Shown piece after piece: positions 17,035 to 25,624 of a stretch of DNA of 64,000 nt. Below the pieces are notes generated by a model. That model ran no database searches. It saw only the letters and a program-made list of their open reading frames with translations, and was not told the origin of the DNA. The position numbers were made by a program, and so were the translations under genes. Position 1 is the stretch's first letter, and each line of letters opens with the position of its first letter. The stretch is taken from assembly GCF_009931435.1 (NCBI RefSeq), contig NZ_CP043414.1. One strand, written 5' to 3'. This stretch comes from Escherichia coli (GTDB taxonomy: Bacteria; Pseudomonadota; Gammaproteobacteria; Enterobacterales; Enterobacteriaceae).

Positions 17035-17064
17035 GGAGGCGAAGGTGCCTCCCGTTTTATTTTG
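17035..17064 (+). terminator. rho-independent terminator after envZ
   Basis: Stem ggaggc/gcctcc followed by cgTTTTaTTTT. Confidence 0.7.
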
Positions 17065-17189
17065 TGCACTCAGTATCTACTGAATGAATACGGTTTCAGA
17101 CATCGGCACCATACGAAGTAAAGTGTACTGTAAGCTGATTGCAGGCTAGCGTATCCTGATTAGTAAAAGCACACTAAAGGAATAGCTTG

Positions 17190-18473
17190 ATGCAACTTAC
17201 CAACGAAGAACAAGTACAGATTGCTCGTATAAAAGAAAAAATCCCACGCATTGCCGCACTGGATCCTGAATGTAAGTTATTCGGTTCTGAAGGTTGGAAA
17301 TATCAATGGCCGAAGCCTGCCAGCGAGGCGGAAATAGCTTCCTGGGAGAAAAAACATAGCGTCACTTTGCCACGGGAATATCGAATTTTTCTTCGCTATA
17401 TCGCTAATGGCGGTCCGGCACATGCCTACGGTCTTGAATCTTTAGGCGGTACAGATATTTATGGCGATATAACAAAAGAAAGCCCTGTACCGCTTTATAT
17501 GACGCAGCAGGATGTTGATGTGTTGAATGCTGGCCGTACAGAAGATGATGAAGAATATAGTTTTTTTGACGGCGCATTGACCATTCTCACCCTGGGATGT
17601 ACTTATGATATTTGCCTGGTGGTGACGGGGCAGTATCGCGGAAGGTTAATGCTGACTGATGGTGATGAAGATTATCCGTTTGATTTTATATATGATAAAA
17701 ATTTCCTCAACTGGTATGAACGCTGGCTGGACGATTTTATTGCTGGCATGAGTATGAAGGGTTTCGATAGAAGTTTGCCAGGAACGCAAATTCAACTGCG
17801 TGAGTGGTTTTTAACTGAGAAAATCCCGGATTTACGTAGATCCATTTTATTCTCGCTATGCCGTTTTCCACAGATAGAACCCGAAACTTTTGCCCTTTGG
17901 GAACATGTTTGCCGCACAGAGAATGATAAAGAATTGTGTGAAGAGGCATTCATAAGATTACGCCAAAAAAAAGTTTCTTGTGCTGCAGATATTTTTCGAC
18001 TCTATTTTACAATGCCAGATGAATTACGTGATATTGCTATTAAAGATCTCCGTTTTGCCTGTAGAGATAGTGTGGTGAATATTGAGGATTATATTCATTC
18101 ACTGTTAATAATAATGCCTGAACTTGACGATGACACTCTATCCTCAGCTGTCTTTGCTATACGAGAAACAGAGTATAATAAATATGATACTTTTCTGCCG
18201 CTTCTCGAACGTATCACTGATGACCGTCAGCAAACATTATTGTGGGCGATGAGTAAGGTGCCTGATTTCAATGAAAGCCGAGGATTCGTTGAGTTGGTAT
18301 TACCGCTTTTTGCATCATCAAAGATGGAGAATGTAAGGAAGGCTATTTTGTTGCTCATTGAAGTTAAAGATAATCGTATTCCACCATTGGTTGATGAAGC
18401 TGCAACTCGTTTCCCTGAACTGACCATTTTACGAGAAAACTACTATCTCAGGACGTGGGGACATAAGCCATAA
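17190..18473 (+). CDS. SMI1/KNR4 (SUKH-1) domain protein with C-terminal helical-repeat extension; accessory cassette gene 1
   Basis: ATG at 17190 preceded by AGGA; N-terminal roughly 190 aa carries SUKH-1 hallmarks (WEKKHSVTLPREYRIFLRYIANGG ... FLNWYERWLDDFI); C-terminal roughly 230 aa is leucine-rich and helical; region visibly AT-rich. Confidence 0.7.
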   Translation: MQLTNEEQVQIARIKEKIPRIAALDPECKLFGSEGWKYQWPKPASEAEIASWEKKHSVTLPREYRIFLRYIANGGPAHAYGLESLGGTDIYGDITKESPVPLYMTQQDVDVLNAGRTEDDEEYSFFDGALTILTLGCTYDICLVVTGQYRGRLMLTDGDEDYPFDFIYDKNFLNWYERWLDDFIAGMSMKGFDRSLPGTQIQLREWFLTEKIPDLRRSILFSLCRFPQIEPETFALWEHVCRTENDKELCEEAFIRLRQKKVSCAADIFRLYFTMPDELRDIAIKDLRFACRDSVVNIEDYIHSLLIIMPELDDDTLSSAVFAIRETEYNKYDTFLPLLERITDDRQQTLLWAMSKVPDFNESRGFVELVLPLFASSKMENVRKAILLLIEVKDNRIPPLVDEAATRFPELTILRENYYLRTWGHKP

Positions 18474-18510
18474 ATTAATGGTTCAGAAATGATCTAACGC
18501 GGAGAAAAAT

Positions 18511-19041
18511 ATGATCAGGGAACATATTCAGCAAGCGATAAATAATAGGTTAGCATTTGATGGCCCATTCAATGTTGTTCCTGAACCTGCAAGCACTGCG
18601 TTTGATAGCCGGATCCCGACATTGAAAAACGGTGTCTGGCAGAAGGCCAGCCCTATGTTGCAGGCGCGTTTTGCACATTGTGGACGTTGGTTAAGCGCTA
18701 CACATGGAAGCTGGCTAAGTATAAGTGACATGGAAACGCTTTGGCAGGAACACATAGAAGATACGTTTCTTGATGAAATCAAAATGAATGCTGTAGCTTC
18801 AAGTGATAATTGGGATAACCATGCCTTGGGACTATTTCGTTCTCATCGCCTGTCACTTTTTGCCGGTAGTGATTACAGTTATGAGATGGTTTTTCTCCTT
18901 TGGCTAGATAGTACCGTTGAGCCAGAGGTCTGGGTTTATGACTGCAATGGGGAATCACGTTATAAAGATCTTAATGATTACCTGAATGCATATATTAATG
19001 ATGACGTAAGCGCCTGTGAGCGCTCCTGGCGAGTAGAATGA
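18511..19041 (+). CDS. hypothetical protein, possibly immunity-like; accessory cassette gene 2
   Basis: 176-aa ORF, ATG with GGAG RBS 7 bp upstream; 37 bp after gene 1; no TM segment seen; family not recognised. Confidence 0.55.
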   Translation: MIREHIQQAINNRLAFDGPFNVVPEPASTAFDSRIPTLKNGVWQKASPMLQARFAHCGRWLSATHGSWLSISDMETLWQEHIEDTFLDEIKMNAVASSDNWDNHALGLFRSHRLSLFAGSDYSYEMVFLLWLDSTVEPEVWVYDCNGESRYKDLNDYLNAYINDDVSACERSWRVE

Positions 19042-19664
19042 ATAGCCCCCCTTGCCCCTTTGATCCACAAACCGCACATTACCTCGGTACAGTGCAAATC
19101 CACTACACCTCAACCACCTTCAACGCTGCCGTTAAGCATTATACCTGTTACATTAAAAAGCGTTTTAAAGGGGTTAAATGGGGAATTGGTACCGCTGGCT
19201 TATTGGCTATATTGCCCATGATCCCACAATGGTTGAAACCTTCTCATGACTTTAAACTCAACGCAATCAGTACGTTAATTCTTCTATTAATGTTGCCACT
19301 CCTCTTATCAATGTTCCTGTTAATCAGCAGAAGAATTAACGATTTTAAGTCAAAAACAAAGCAAGTTACTTTTACGAAACCCGTGCGTTATGCGTTTTAT
19401 TTCGAGGGGATTGTTTTTTATGAATCTCATCAGCAGGGCATACTTCGCTGGGAAGATTTTTATAGCATTGAGTATGAAGAAGATTATTTGTGGCTTTTTC
19501 TGCATTTACCGAAGAGTTGGCCCAGAGAAGCGACGAAAGCGTTTTGCGATATTTTCATTCCCACCAGCGCGATAAAAGCGCAGCCTGAACTGGATACGTT
19601 TTTTCGTGAAACACGCCACTCGCTGGATTATCTGTTTGTCCCGTTTAATTCTGACAGAAAATAA
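19038..19664 (+). CDS. two-TM membrane protein with C-terminal soluble domain (YcxB/bacterial PH-like by eye); accessory cassette gene 3
   Basis: 208-aa ORF; start overlaps gene 2 stop by 4 bp (ATGA); two hydrophobic helices (WGIGTAGLLAILPMIPQWL; AISTLILLLMLPLLLSMFLLI) then about 100-aa soluble tail. Confidence 0.55.
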   Translation: MNSPPCPFDPQTAHYLGTVQIHYTSTTFNAAVKHYTCYIKKRFKGVKWGIGTAGLLAILPMIPQWLKPSHDFKLNAISTLILLLMLPLLLSMFLLISRRINDFKSKTKQVTFTKPVRYAFYFEGIVFYESHQQGILRWEDFYSIEYEEDYLWLFLHLPKSWPREATKAFCDIFIPTSAIKAQPELDTFFRETRHSLDYLFVPFNSDRK

Positions 19665-19700
19665 AAAATCCCCCGTATCTGGTGAAACGGGGGATTTCGT
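19662..19700 (-). terminator. rho-independent terminator of pck, also closing the cassette
   Basis: Stem tcccccgt/acggggga; on the minus strand it is followed by TTTTTTA; lies 3 bp after the gene 3 stop and 17 bp after the pck stop. Confidence 0.7.
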
Positions 19701-19716
19701 CGCTTAACTTATCGGA

Positions 19717-21339
19717 TTACAGTTTTGGACCAGCCGCTACCAGCGCGGCACCCGCAGGGGTGTCGGTGTATTTATCGAAGTTGTCGATAAACAGTTTCGC
19801 CAGCGTTTCAGCTTTTTCCTGCCACTGTTCCGGAGAAGCGTAGGTGTTACGCGGATCGAGGATCTTAGTGTCTACGCCCGGCAGTTCAGTCGGGATCGCC
19901 AGGTTAAACATCGGCAGAGTGAAGGTTTCTGCGTTATCCAGCGAACCGTTGAGGATAGCGTCGATAATGGCGCGGGTATCTTTAATGGAGATACGTTTGC
20001 CAGTACCGTTCCAGCCAGTGTTAACCAGATATGCCTGCGCACCCGCCGCTTGCATACGTTTCACCAGCACTTCTGCGTACTGAGTTGGGTGCAGCGACAG
20101 GAACGCCGCGCCGAAGCAAGCGGAGAAGGTTGGCGTCGGTTCGGTGATGCCACGTTCAGTACCGGCCAGTTTGGCGGTGAAGCCAGAGAGGAAGTGGTAC
20201 TGAGTTTGATCGGCAGTCAGGCGAGAAACCGGCGGCAGCACACCAAAGGCGTCTGCGGTCAGGAAGATAACTTTAGTTGCGTGGCCCGCTTTGGAAACCG
20301 GTTTAACGATGTTATCGATGTGATAGATCGGATAAGAAACGCGGGTGTTCTCGGTTTTTGAACCATCGTCAAAATCGATAGTGCCATCTTCACGTACGGT
20401 GACGTTTTCCAGCAGCGCATCGCGACGGATAGCGTTGTAGATTTCAGGTTCCGCTTCTTTCGACAGCTTGATGGTTTTCGCGTAGCAGCCGCCTTCGAAG
20501 TTAAACACGCCATCGTCATCCCAGCCGTGCTCGTCATCGCCAATCAGGCGACGTTTCGGGTCGGTGGAAAGGGTGGTTTTACCGGTGCCGGAAAGACCAA
20601 AGAACACCGCAACATCGCCTTTCTCGCCAACGTTGGCGGAGCAGTGCATAGAAGCGATGCCTTTCAGCGGCAGCAGGTAGTTCATCATTGAGAACATCCC
20701 TTTCTTCATTTCGCCGCCGTACCAGGTGCCACCAATCAGCTGCATGCGCTCGGTCAGGTTAAACGCCACGAAGTTTTCGGAGTTCAGACCCTGTTCTTTC
20801 CACTGCGGGTTAGTGCATTTTGCGCCGTTCATAACGATAAAGTCAGGTTTAAAACCAGCCAGCTCTTCATCGCTCGGGCGAATAAACATGTTTTTGACAA
20901 AATGCGCCTGCCAGGCCACTTCGGTGATGAAACGGACGGAAAGACGCGTGTCTGGGTTCGCACCACAGAAAGCGTCGACAACGAACAGACGTTTACCGGA
21001 AAGCTGTTTGGTCACCAGGCCCTTCAGATGCTGCCAGGTTTCCGGAGAGAGAGGTTTGTTGTCGTTCTTACCTTTGCCTTTATCAGCCCACCAGAAGGTA
21101 TCGCGAGTGGTATCGTCACGGACGATATATTTATCTTTTGGTGAGCGACCGGTGAATATACCGGTATCGACGGCAACGGCACCCAGATTAGTTAACACCC
21201 CGCGCTCATAACCTGTCAGGCTCGGATCGAGCTCTTCCTGATACAGCAGGTCGTAGCTTGGGTTGTAAACGATATCATGTACGTCACTGATACCATAAGC
21301 CTCGAGTTCTTGCGGGGTCAAACCATTGTTAACGCGCAT
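19717..21339 (-). CDS. pck: phosphoenolpyruvate carboxykinase (ATP)
   Basis: 540 aa from [12 protein letters not shown]; Walker-type GLSGTGKTT motif; ORF track extends 23 codons further upstream. Confidence 0.95.
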
Positions 21340-21717
21340 TTCACTGCTCCTTAGCCAATATGTATTGCCTGAATAGTAAAGTCTTTTTGGGGGTGTTAAC
21401 CGCGACAAGGCTCATAGATTTACGTATCTGGAGAAATTCATATTTGACAAAAAACTCCGTGATTCCTGTCACGAAACGGTTGCTATTATCGCAGAAATAG
21501 CATTTTAGGTGTGGAAAATGTTCTTAAAAGGTTAAATCTTGGTTTATATGGCGGGAATATTGTGAGTGGAATCGCATTCCTGAATGAAATTGATGCAAAT
21601 TCAATCAGTAAAGTATCGATTCACCACGCTAACTTTTTTTGATTATTTTCTGAAAAAAGCAAAATACTACGGCCCGGATGCGATAATTAATCCACCTTTT
21701 GATTCTGGATAACTAAC

Positions 21718-23442
21718 ATGGATAACGTTGAACTTTCACCCGCAACACGCTGGGGAATGATTGCTACCGGATTACTTCAGGGACTGGTTTGTTACCTGCT
21801 GATCGCCTGGCTTGCCGGAAAAAATCTCAGTTGGATTGTTTATGGCGTGCCTGCGACCGTCGCGTTTTCATCCGTTTTACTCTTCTCCGTGATCTCCTTT
21901 AAACAGAAGCGCCTTTGGGGATGGCTGGCGCTGGTGTTTATTGCCACGCTGGGAATGAGCGGCTGGCTGAAGTGGCAAACTGATGGCATGAACCCCTGGA
22001 TAGCTGAAAAGGCGCTTTGGGATTTTGGTTGCTATCTGCTGCTGATGGCAATGTTGTTGCTACCGTGGATACAACAAAGCCTTCGCATCCGCAATGACAG
22101 TAGCCGCTATCGCTATTTTTACCAGTCAGTATGGCATAACGTACTTATATTACTGGTGATTTTTCTCGCCAATGGCCTGACGTGGCTGGTACTTTTACTG
22201 TGGGGCGAGTTGTTTAAACTTGTTGGCATCACGTTTTTCAAAACGCTCTTTTTTTCAACCGACTGGTTTATTTATCTCACGTTAGGTCTGGTTACCGCAC
22301 TGGCGGTGATCCTCGCGCGTACACAGTCACGTTTAATCGACTCTATTCAAAAGTTGTTCACGTTAATCGCCACGGGGTTGCTGCCGTTAGTATCATTGCT
22401 AACCCTGATGTTTATCATCACCCTGCCGTTTACGGGCCTGAGCGCGATTTCTCGCCACATCTCCGCCGCCGGGTTGCTGTTGACGCTGGCCTTTTTGCAA
22501 TTGATTTTAATGGCTATTGTCCGCGATCCGCAAAAAGCGTCACTTCCCTGGACGGGGCCGTTGCGTTGCCTGATTAAAACCGCTCTGCTGGCTGCTCCGC
22601 TGTATGTGTTCGTCGCCGCCTGGGCGTTATGGCTGCGGGTCGCTCAGTACGGCTGGACTGTCGACCGCTTGCAGGGCGCGCTGGCGGTGCTGGTGTTACT
22701 GGTATGGTCGCTGGGGTATTTTGTCAGTATCGTCTGGCGTAAAGGGCAAACCCCTCTTGTTCTTCAGGGCAAAGTGAACCTTGCGGTTTCGTTATTGGTG
22801 TTGGTAATACTGGTGCTTCTTAATTCGCCGGTGCTGGATAGTATGCGCATTAGTGCGAACAGTCATATGGCACGTTATCAGAGCGGCAAGAACACGCCAG
22901 ATCAGGTAAGTCTCTACATGCTCGAACAGAACGGTCGCTATGGACGTGCGGCGCTTGAGTCGCTGAAAAGCGATGCCGAGTATATGAAAGACCCGAAACG
23001 CGCACGGGATCTGCTGATGACGTTAGATGGAGAGCAACATCTTCAGGAACAGGTATCGGAAAAAGTATTAGCCGAAAATGTGTTAATTGCCCCAGGCTCT
23101 GGCAAACCGGATACGGCATTCTGGTCGGCCTTAATCCAGGATCGCTATAACGTGATGACCTGTATTGAAAAACACGCCTGCGTACTGGTCGAGCAAGATC
23201 TGAATAGTGATGGTCAGGCGGAGCGGATCCTGTTTGCTTTTAATGATGACAGAGTCATTGTCTATGGCTTTGACCCGGCCAGAAAAGAATGGGACGCGCT
23301 TGATATGAGTATACTTCCGAACGAAATAACGAAAGAAAAATTACTCACAGCTGCGAAGGATGGAAAGCTGGGGACGAGGCCGAAAGCGTGGCGCGATCTG
23401 ACGGTAGATGGTGAAACGCTGGAAATAAACTTAAGCAAATGA
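21718..23442 (+). CDS. yhgE: inner membrane protein YhgE
   Basis: 574-aa polytopic membrane protein divergent from pck; recognised as YhgE. Confidence 0.85.
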   Translation: MDNVELSPATRWGMIATGLLQGLVCYLLIAWLAGKNLSWIVYGVPATVAFSSVLLFSVISFKQKRLWGWLALVFIATLGMSGWLKWQTDGMNPWIAEKALWDFGCYLLLMAMLLLPWIQQSLRIRNDSSRYRYFYQSVWHNVLILLVIFLANGLTWLVLLLWGELFKLVGITFFKTLFFSTDWFIYLTLGLVTALAVILARTQSRLIDSIQKLFTLIATGLLPLVSLLTLMFIITLPFTGLSAISRHISAAGLLLTLAFLQLILMAIVRDPQKASLPWTGPLRCLIKTALLAAPLYVFVAAWALWLRVAQYGWTVDRLQGALAVLVLLVWSLGYFVSIVWRKGQTPLVLQGKVNLAVSLLVLVILVLLNSPVLDSMRISANSHMARYQSGKNTPDQVSLYMLEQNGRYGRAALESLKSDAEYMKDPKRARDLLMTLDGEQHLQEQVSEKVLAENVLIAPGSGKPDTAFWSALIQDRYNVMTCIEKHACVLVEQDLNSDGQAERILFAFNDDRVIVYGFDPARKEWDALDMSILPNEITKEKLLTAAKDGKLGTRPKAWRDLTVDGETLEINLSK

Positions 23443-23498
23443 CAATGCTTTTATCGGATACGACGCTTTATCTTACCAACAATAACTTGTGAATTATT

Positions 23499-23530
23499 GC
23501 GTAGGCCTGGTAAGCGCAGCGCATCAGGCC
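23499..23530. repeat. REP-like palindrome
   Basis: gcgtaggcctggtaagcgcagcgcatcaggcc. Confidence 0.55.
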
Positions 23531-23540
23531 ATTACGTCGT

Positions 23541-23568
23541 AAAATCCGGCAGAGCACTCTCTGCCGGA
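23541..23568 (-). terminator. putative terminator downstream of hslO
   Basis: Hairpin tccggcagag/ctctgccgga with T-run on the minus strand. Confidence 0.5.
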
Positions 23569-23576
23569 CATACTCA

Positions 23577-24455
23577 TTAATGAACTTGCGGATCTGCCGG
23601 AGACGCGTTGTTGCGGATTTCAGCAATATCCATCGCATTGAACAGATAGTGGTTACCGCAGTAATCACAATGCATGTCAATTTCGCCTTCTTCCGCCAGA
23701 ATGCTATCGACTTCTTCATCCGGCAGCGTTTTTAGCGCGTCGGCGCAACGTTCACGCGAACAGGTGCATTTGAACTCCACATCCTGCGGATCGTAAACCG
23801 TCACCTCTTCTTCGTGATACAAACGCCACAACACTTCGTTTGCCGGTAAGGTCAGCAGTTCTTCGGTTTTGATGGTTTCGGTTAGCGTTGCCAGGTGGTC
23901 AAAGTCGTCCTGCTGGGCATTTTGCGCAGGCATTACCTGCAACAACATACCGCCTGCAGCCGGTTTGCCGTCTACGTCGCCGGTGCGAATAAACAGGCGC
24001 GTCGGCAGCTGTTCAGAACGCATAAAGTAATCTTCCAGGCAGGCCGCCAGGGTATCACCTTCCAGACCAACCACGCCCTGATAGCGTTCACCTTCGCTCG
24101 GGGTGATGGTGATCACCACGTAACCATTGCCGACCAGCGTTTTCAGGTCGGCATTTTCCGGAATTTCGCCCTGTACGCGCGCGACGCCACGCATCTGCTG
24201 TTTGTTGTTTCCGTTGATGACCGCCAGACTCATCGGGCCGTCGCCTTGCAGTTGTACGGTGATATCACCATCAAACTTCAGCGTAGCGGTTAACAGGCTG
24301 GTCGCAACCAGCAGTTCTGCCAGCACGTTTTTAACGGGCTGCGGATAATCGTGATTCTCAAGGATCTGTTGCAGGGTTTCCGAAACGGTTACCAGTTCGC
24401 CGCGTACGGCAAAGTTTTCAAACAGATAGCGATGTAATTGGTCATGTTGCGGCAT
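23577..24455 (-). CDS. hslO: redox-regulated chaperone Hsp33
   Basis: 292 aa from [12 protein letters not shown]; C-terminal CxC...CxxC zinc centre (CTCSRERC ... CDYCGNHY). Confidence 0.94.
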   Translation of the reverse strand: MPQHDQLHRYLFENFAVRGELVTVSETLQQILENHDYPQPVKNVLAELLVATSLLTATLKFDGDITVQLQGDGPMSLAVINGNNKQQMRGVARVQGEIPENADLKTLVGNGYVVITITPSEGERYQGVVGLEGDTLAACLEDYFMRSEQLPTRLFIRTGDVDGKPAAGGMLLQVMPAQNAQQDDFDHLATLTETIKTEELLTLPANEVLWRLYHEEEVTVYDPQDVEFKCTCSRERCADALKTLPDEEVDSILAEEGEIDMHCDYCGNHYLFNAMDIAEIRNNASPADPQVH

Positions 24456-24479
24456 AATCATCTCTCTTGCAGGTGACAG

Positions 24480-24881
24480 TTATTCACTGTCGCCGTGTTT
24501 AAATCGTAACAGGTCGCGGCGCTCTTTTTTGTCCGGGCGTCGGTCCGGGTGCGGCATGGTTAAGGCATTAAGTTTACGTGCCAGCGCCATTTTTTCGCGT
24601 TTCTCTACACTTTCTGCAGTCTCTTCATACAGCAAGACTGCCTCGCTGGCGGGGCGACGCTGTTCAGTAATCGCCTTTACAATCACCGTTCGTTCGTCAT
24701 TTCCCTGGCGCAGAGTGAGCGTGGCATTCAGCTCGACGATTTTGCTTGGCTTGCTGCGCTGCCCGTTGTAGTGCACCTTACCGCCTTCGATCATTTCGCG
24801 GGCCAGCGCGCGGGTTTTATAAAAACGGGCGGCCCATAGCCATTTATCCAGTCGAACCTCAACAGCAGGTTTTTCTTTCAT
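24480..24881 (-). CDS. hslR: ribosome-associated heat shock protein Hsp15 (S4 domain)
   Basis: 133-aa basic protein recognised as HslR. Confidence 0.92.
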   Translation of the reverse strand: MKEKPAVEVRLDKWLWAARFYKTRALAREMIEGGKVHYNGQRSKPSKIVELNATLTLRQGNDERTVIVKAITEQRRPASEAVLLYEETAESVEKREKMALARKLNALTMPHPDRRPDKKERRDLLRFKHGDSE

Positions 24882-24891
24882 GGCGTCTCCT

Positions 24892-25560
24892 TCACATTAG
24901 CGAGGGGATCAGGCGGCGGTAGTCATTCAGTGACGGATGGTGCTGATACTGTTTCTCGGCAATCCCGGAGTCAGGATTAGTCACGCCGAGGCAGTAACGA
25001 ATACCAAATTGTGCGGCAGCATCGAGAATCGCTTCGCTGTCATCAATAAACAGCGTTCTTTCAGCTTTCAGACCCGTAGCTTCGGCCACCGCATGCCATA
25101 ACCGCTGATCCTCTTTCGGATAACCAAATGTGTGGGTGGAAAGTAATAAATCAAGGTGTGCGTCCAGACCGGTATGCTCAAGTTTTACCGCCAGGTTATG
25201 CGGATGAGCATTGGTGAGCAAAATTCGTTGCTTACCACTGGCTTTCAGTGCCTCAAGAAACGGAATGGTATCTTCACGCAGTACGGCACGCGGTCCCATC
25301 TCGGTGGTCATCGCACAGATATCCAGACCCAGTTGCTCACTCCAGTAATCAAGACAGTACCAGTTTAGCGTATGCTGCACGTCGTGATATTGCTGGCGCA
25401 TATAGTCCATCGCTTCCTGTGGTGTGACCCCGTTTTTCGCCCCCCATGTTTCAGGCACCAGCTTTTGCCAGAAATAGTTATCGAAGGCGAGGTCGAGCAA
25501 CGTACCGTCCATATCCAGCAGAACGGTATCTACCTCCTGCCAGGCAATGTTGATATGCAT
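24892..25560 (-). CDS. yrfG: HAD-family GMP/IMP nucleotidase YrfG
   Basis: 222 aa from MHINIAWQEVDTVLLDMDGTLLD (HAD motif I); ORF track extends to an upstream start. Confidence 0.88.
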   Translation of the reverse strand: MHINIAWQEVDTVLLDMDGTLLDLAFDNYFWQKLVPETWGAKNGVTPQEAMDYMRQQYHDVQHTLNWYCLDYWSEQLGLDICAMTTEMGPRAVLREDTIPFLEALKASGKQRILLTNAHPHNLAVKLEHTGLDAHLDLLLSTHTFGYPKEDQRLWHAVAEATGLKAERTLFIDDSEAILDAAAQFGIRYCLGVTNPDSGIAEKQYQHHPSLNDYRRLIPSLM

Positions 25561-25624
25561 GAGAGAAATCTCCAGAGTGAAGCAATTTGCGCGACAGGGT
25601 AGCATAACCTGCCGCGCAAACGTG

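Noticed and set aside
17060-17190. Candidate promoter for the cassette
   Set aside because: Hexamers such as TTGTGC-17 nt-TGAATA are present but match sigma70 consensus poorly; I cannot support a promoter call from sequence alone, and read-through from envZ is an alternative.
17737-19575. Small ORFs inside the cassette (17737..17949 -, 18227..18427 -, 18528..18782 -, 19390..19575 +)
   Set aside because: Each is embedded within or antisense to one of the three larger, RBS-preceded cassette genes and has no ribosome-binding site or recognisable domain.
21340-21408. 23-codon upstream extension of pck
   Set aside because: The Pck sequence as I recognise it begins at MRVNNGLT (ATG at 21339); the extension is probably an in-frame leader artefact of longest-ORF calling.
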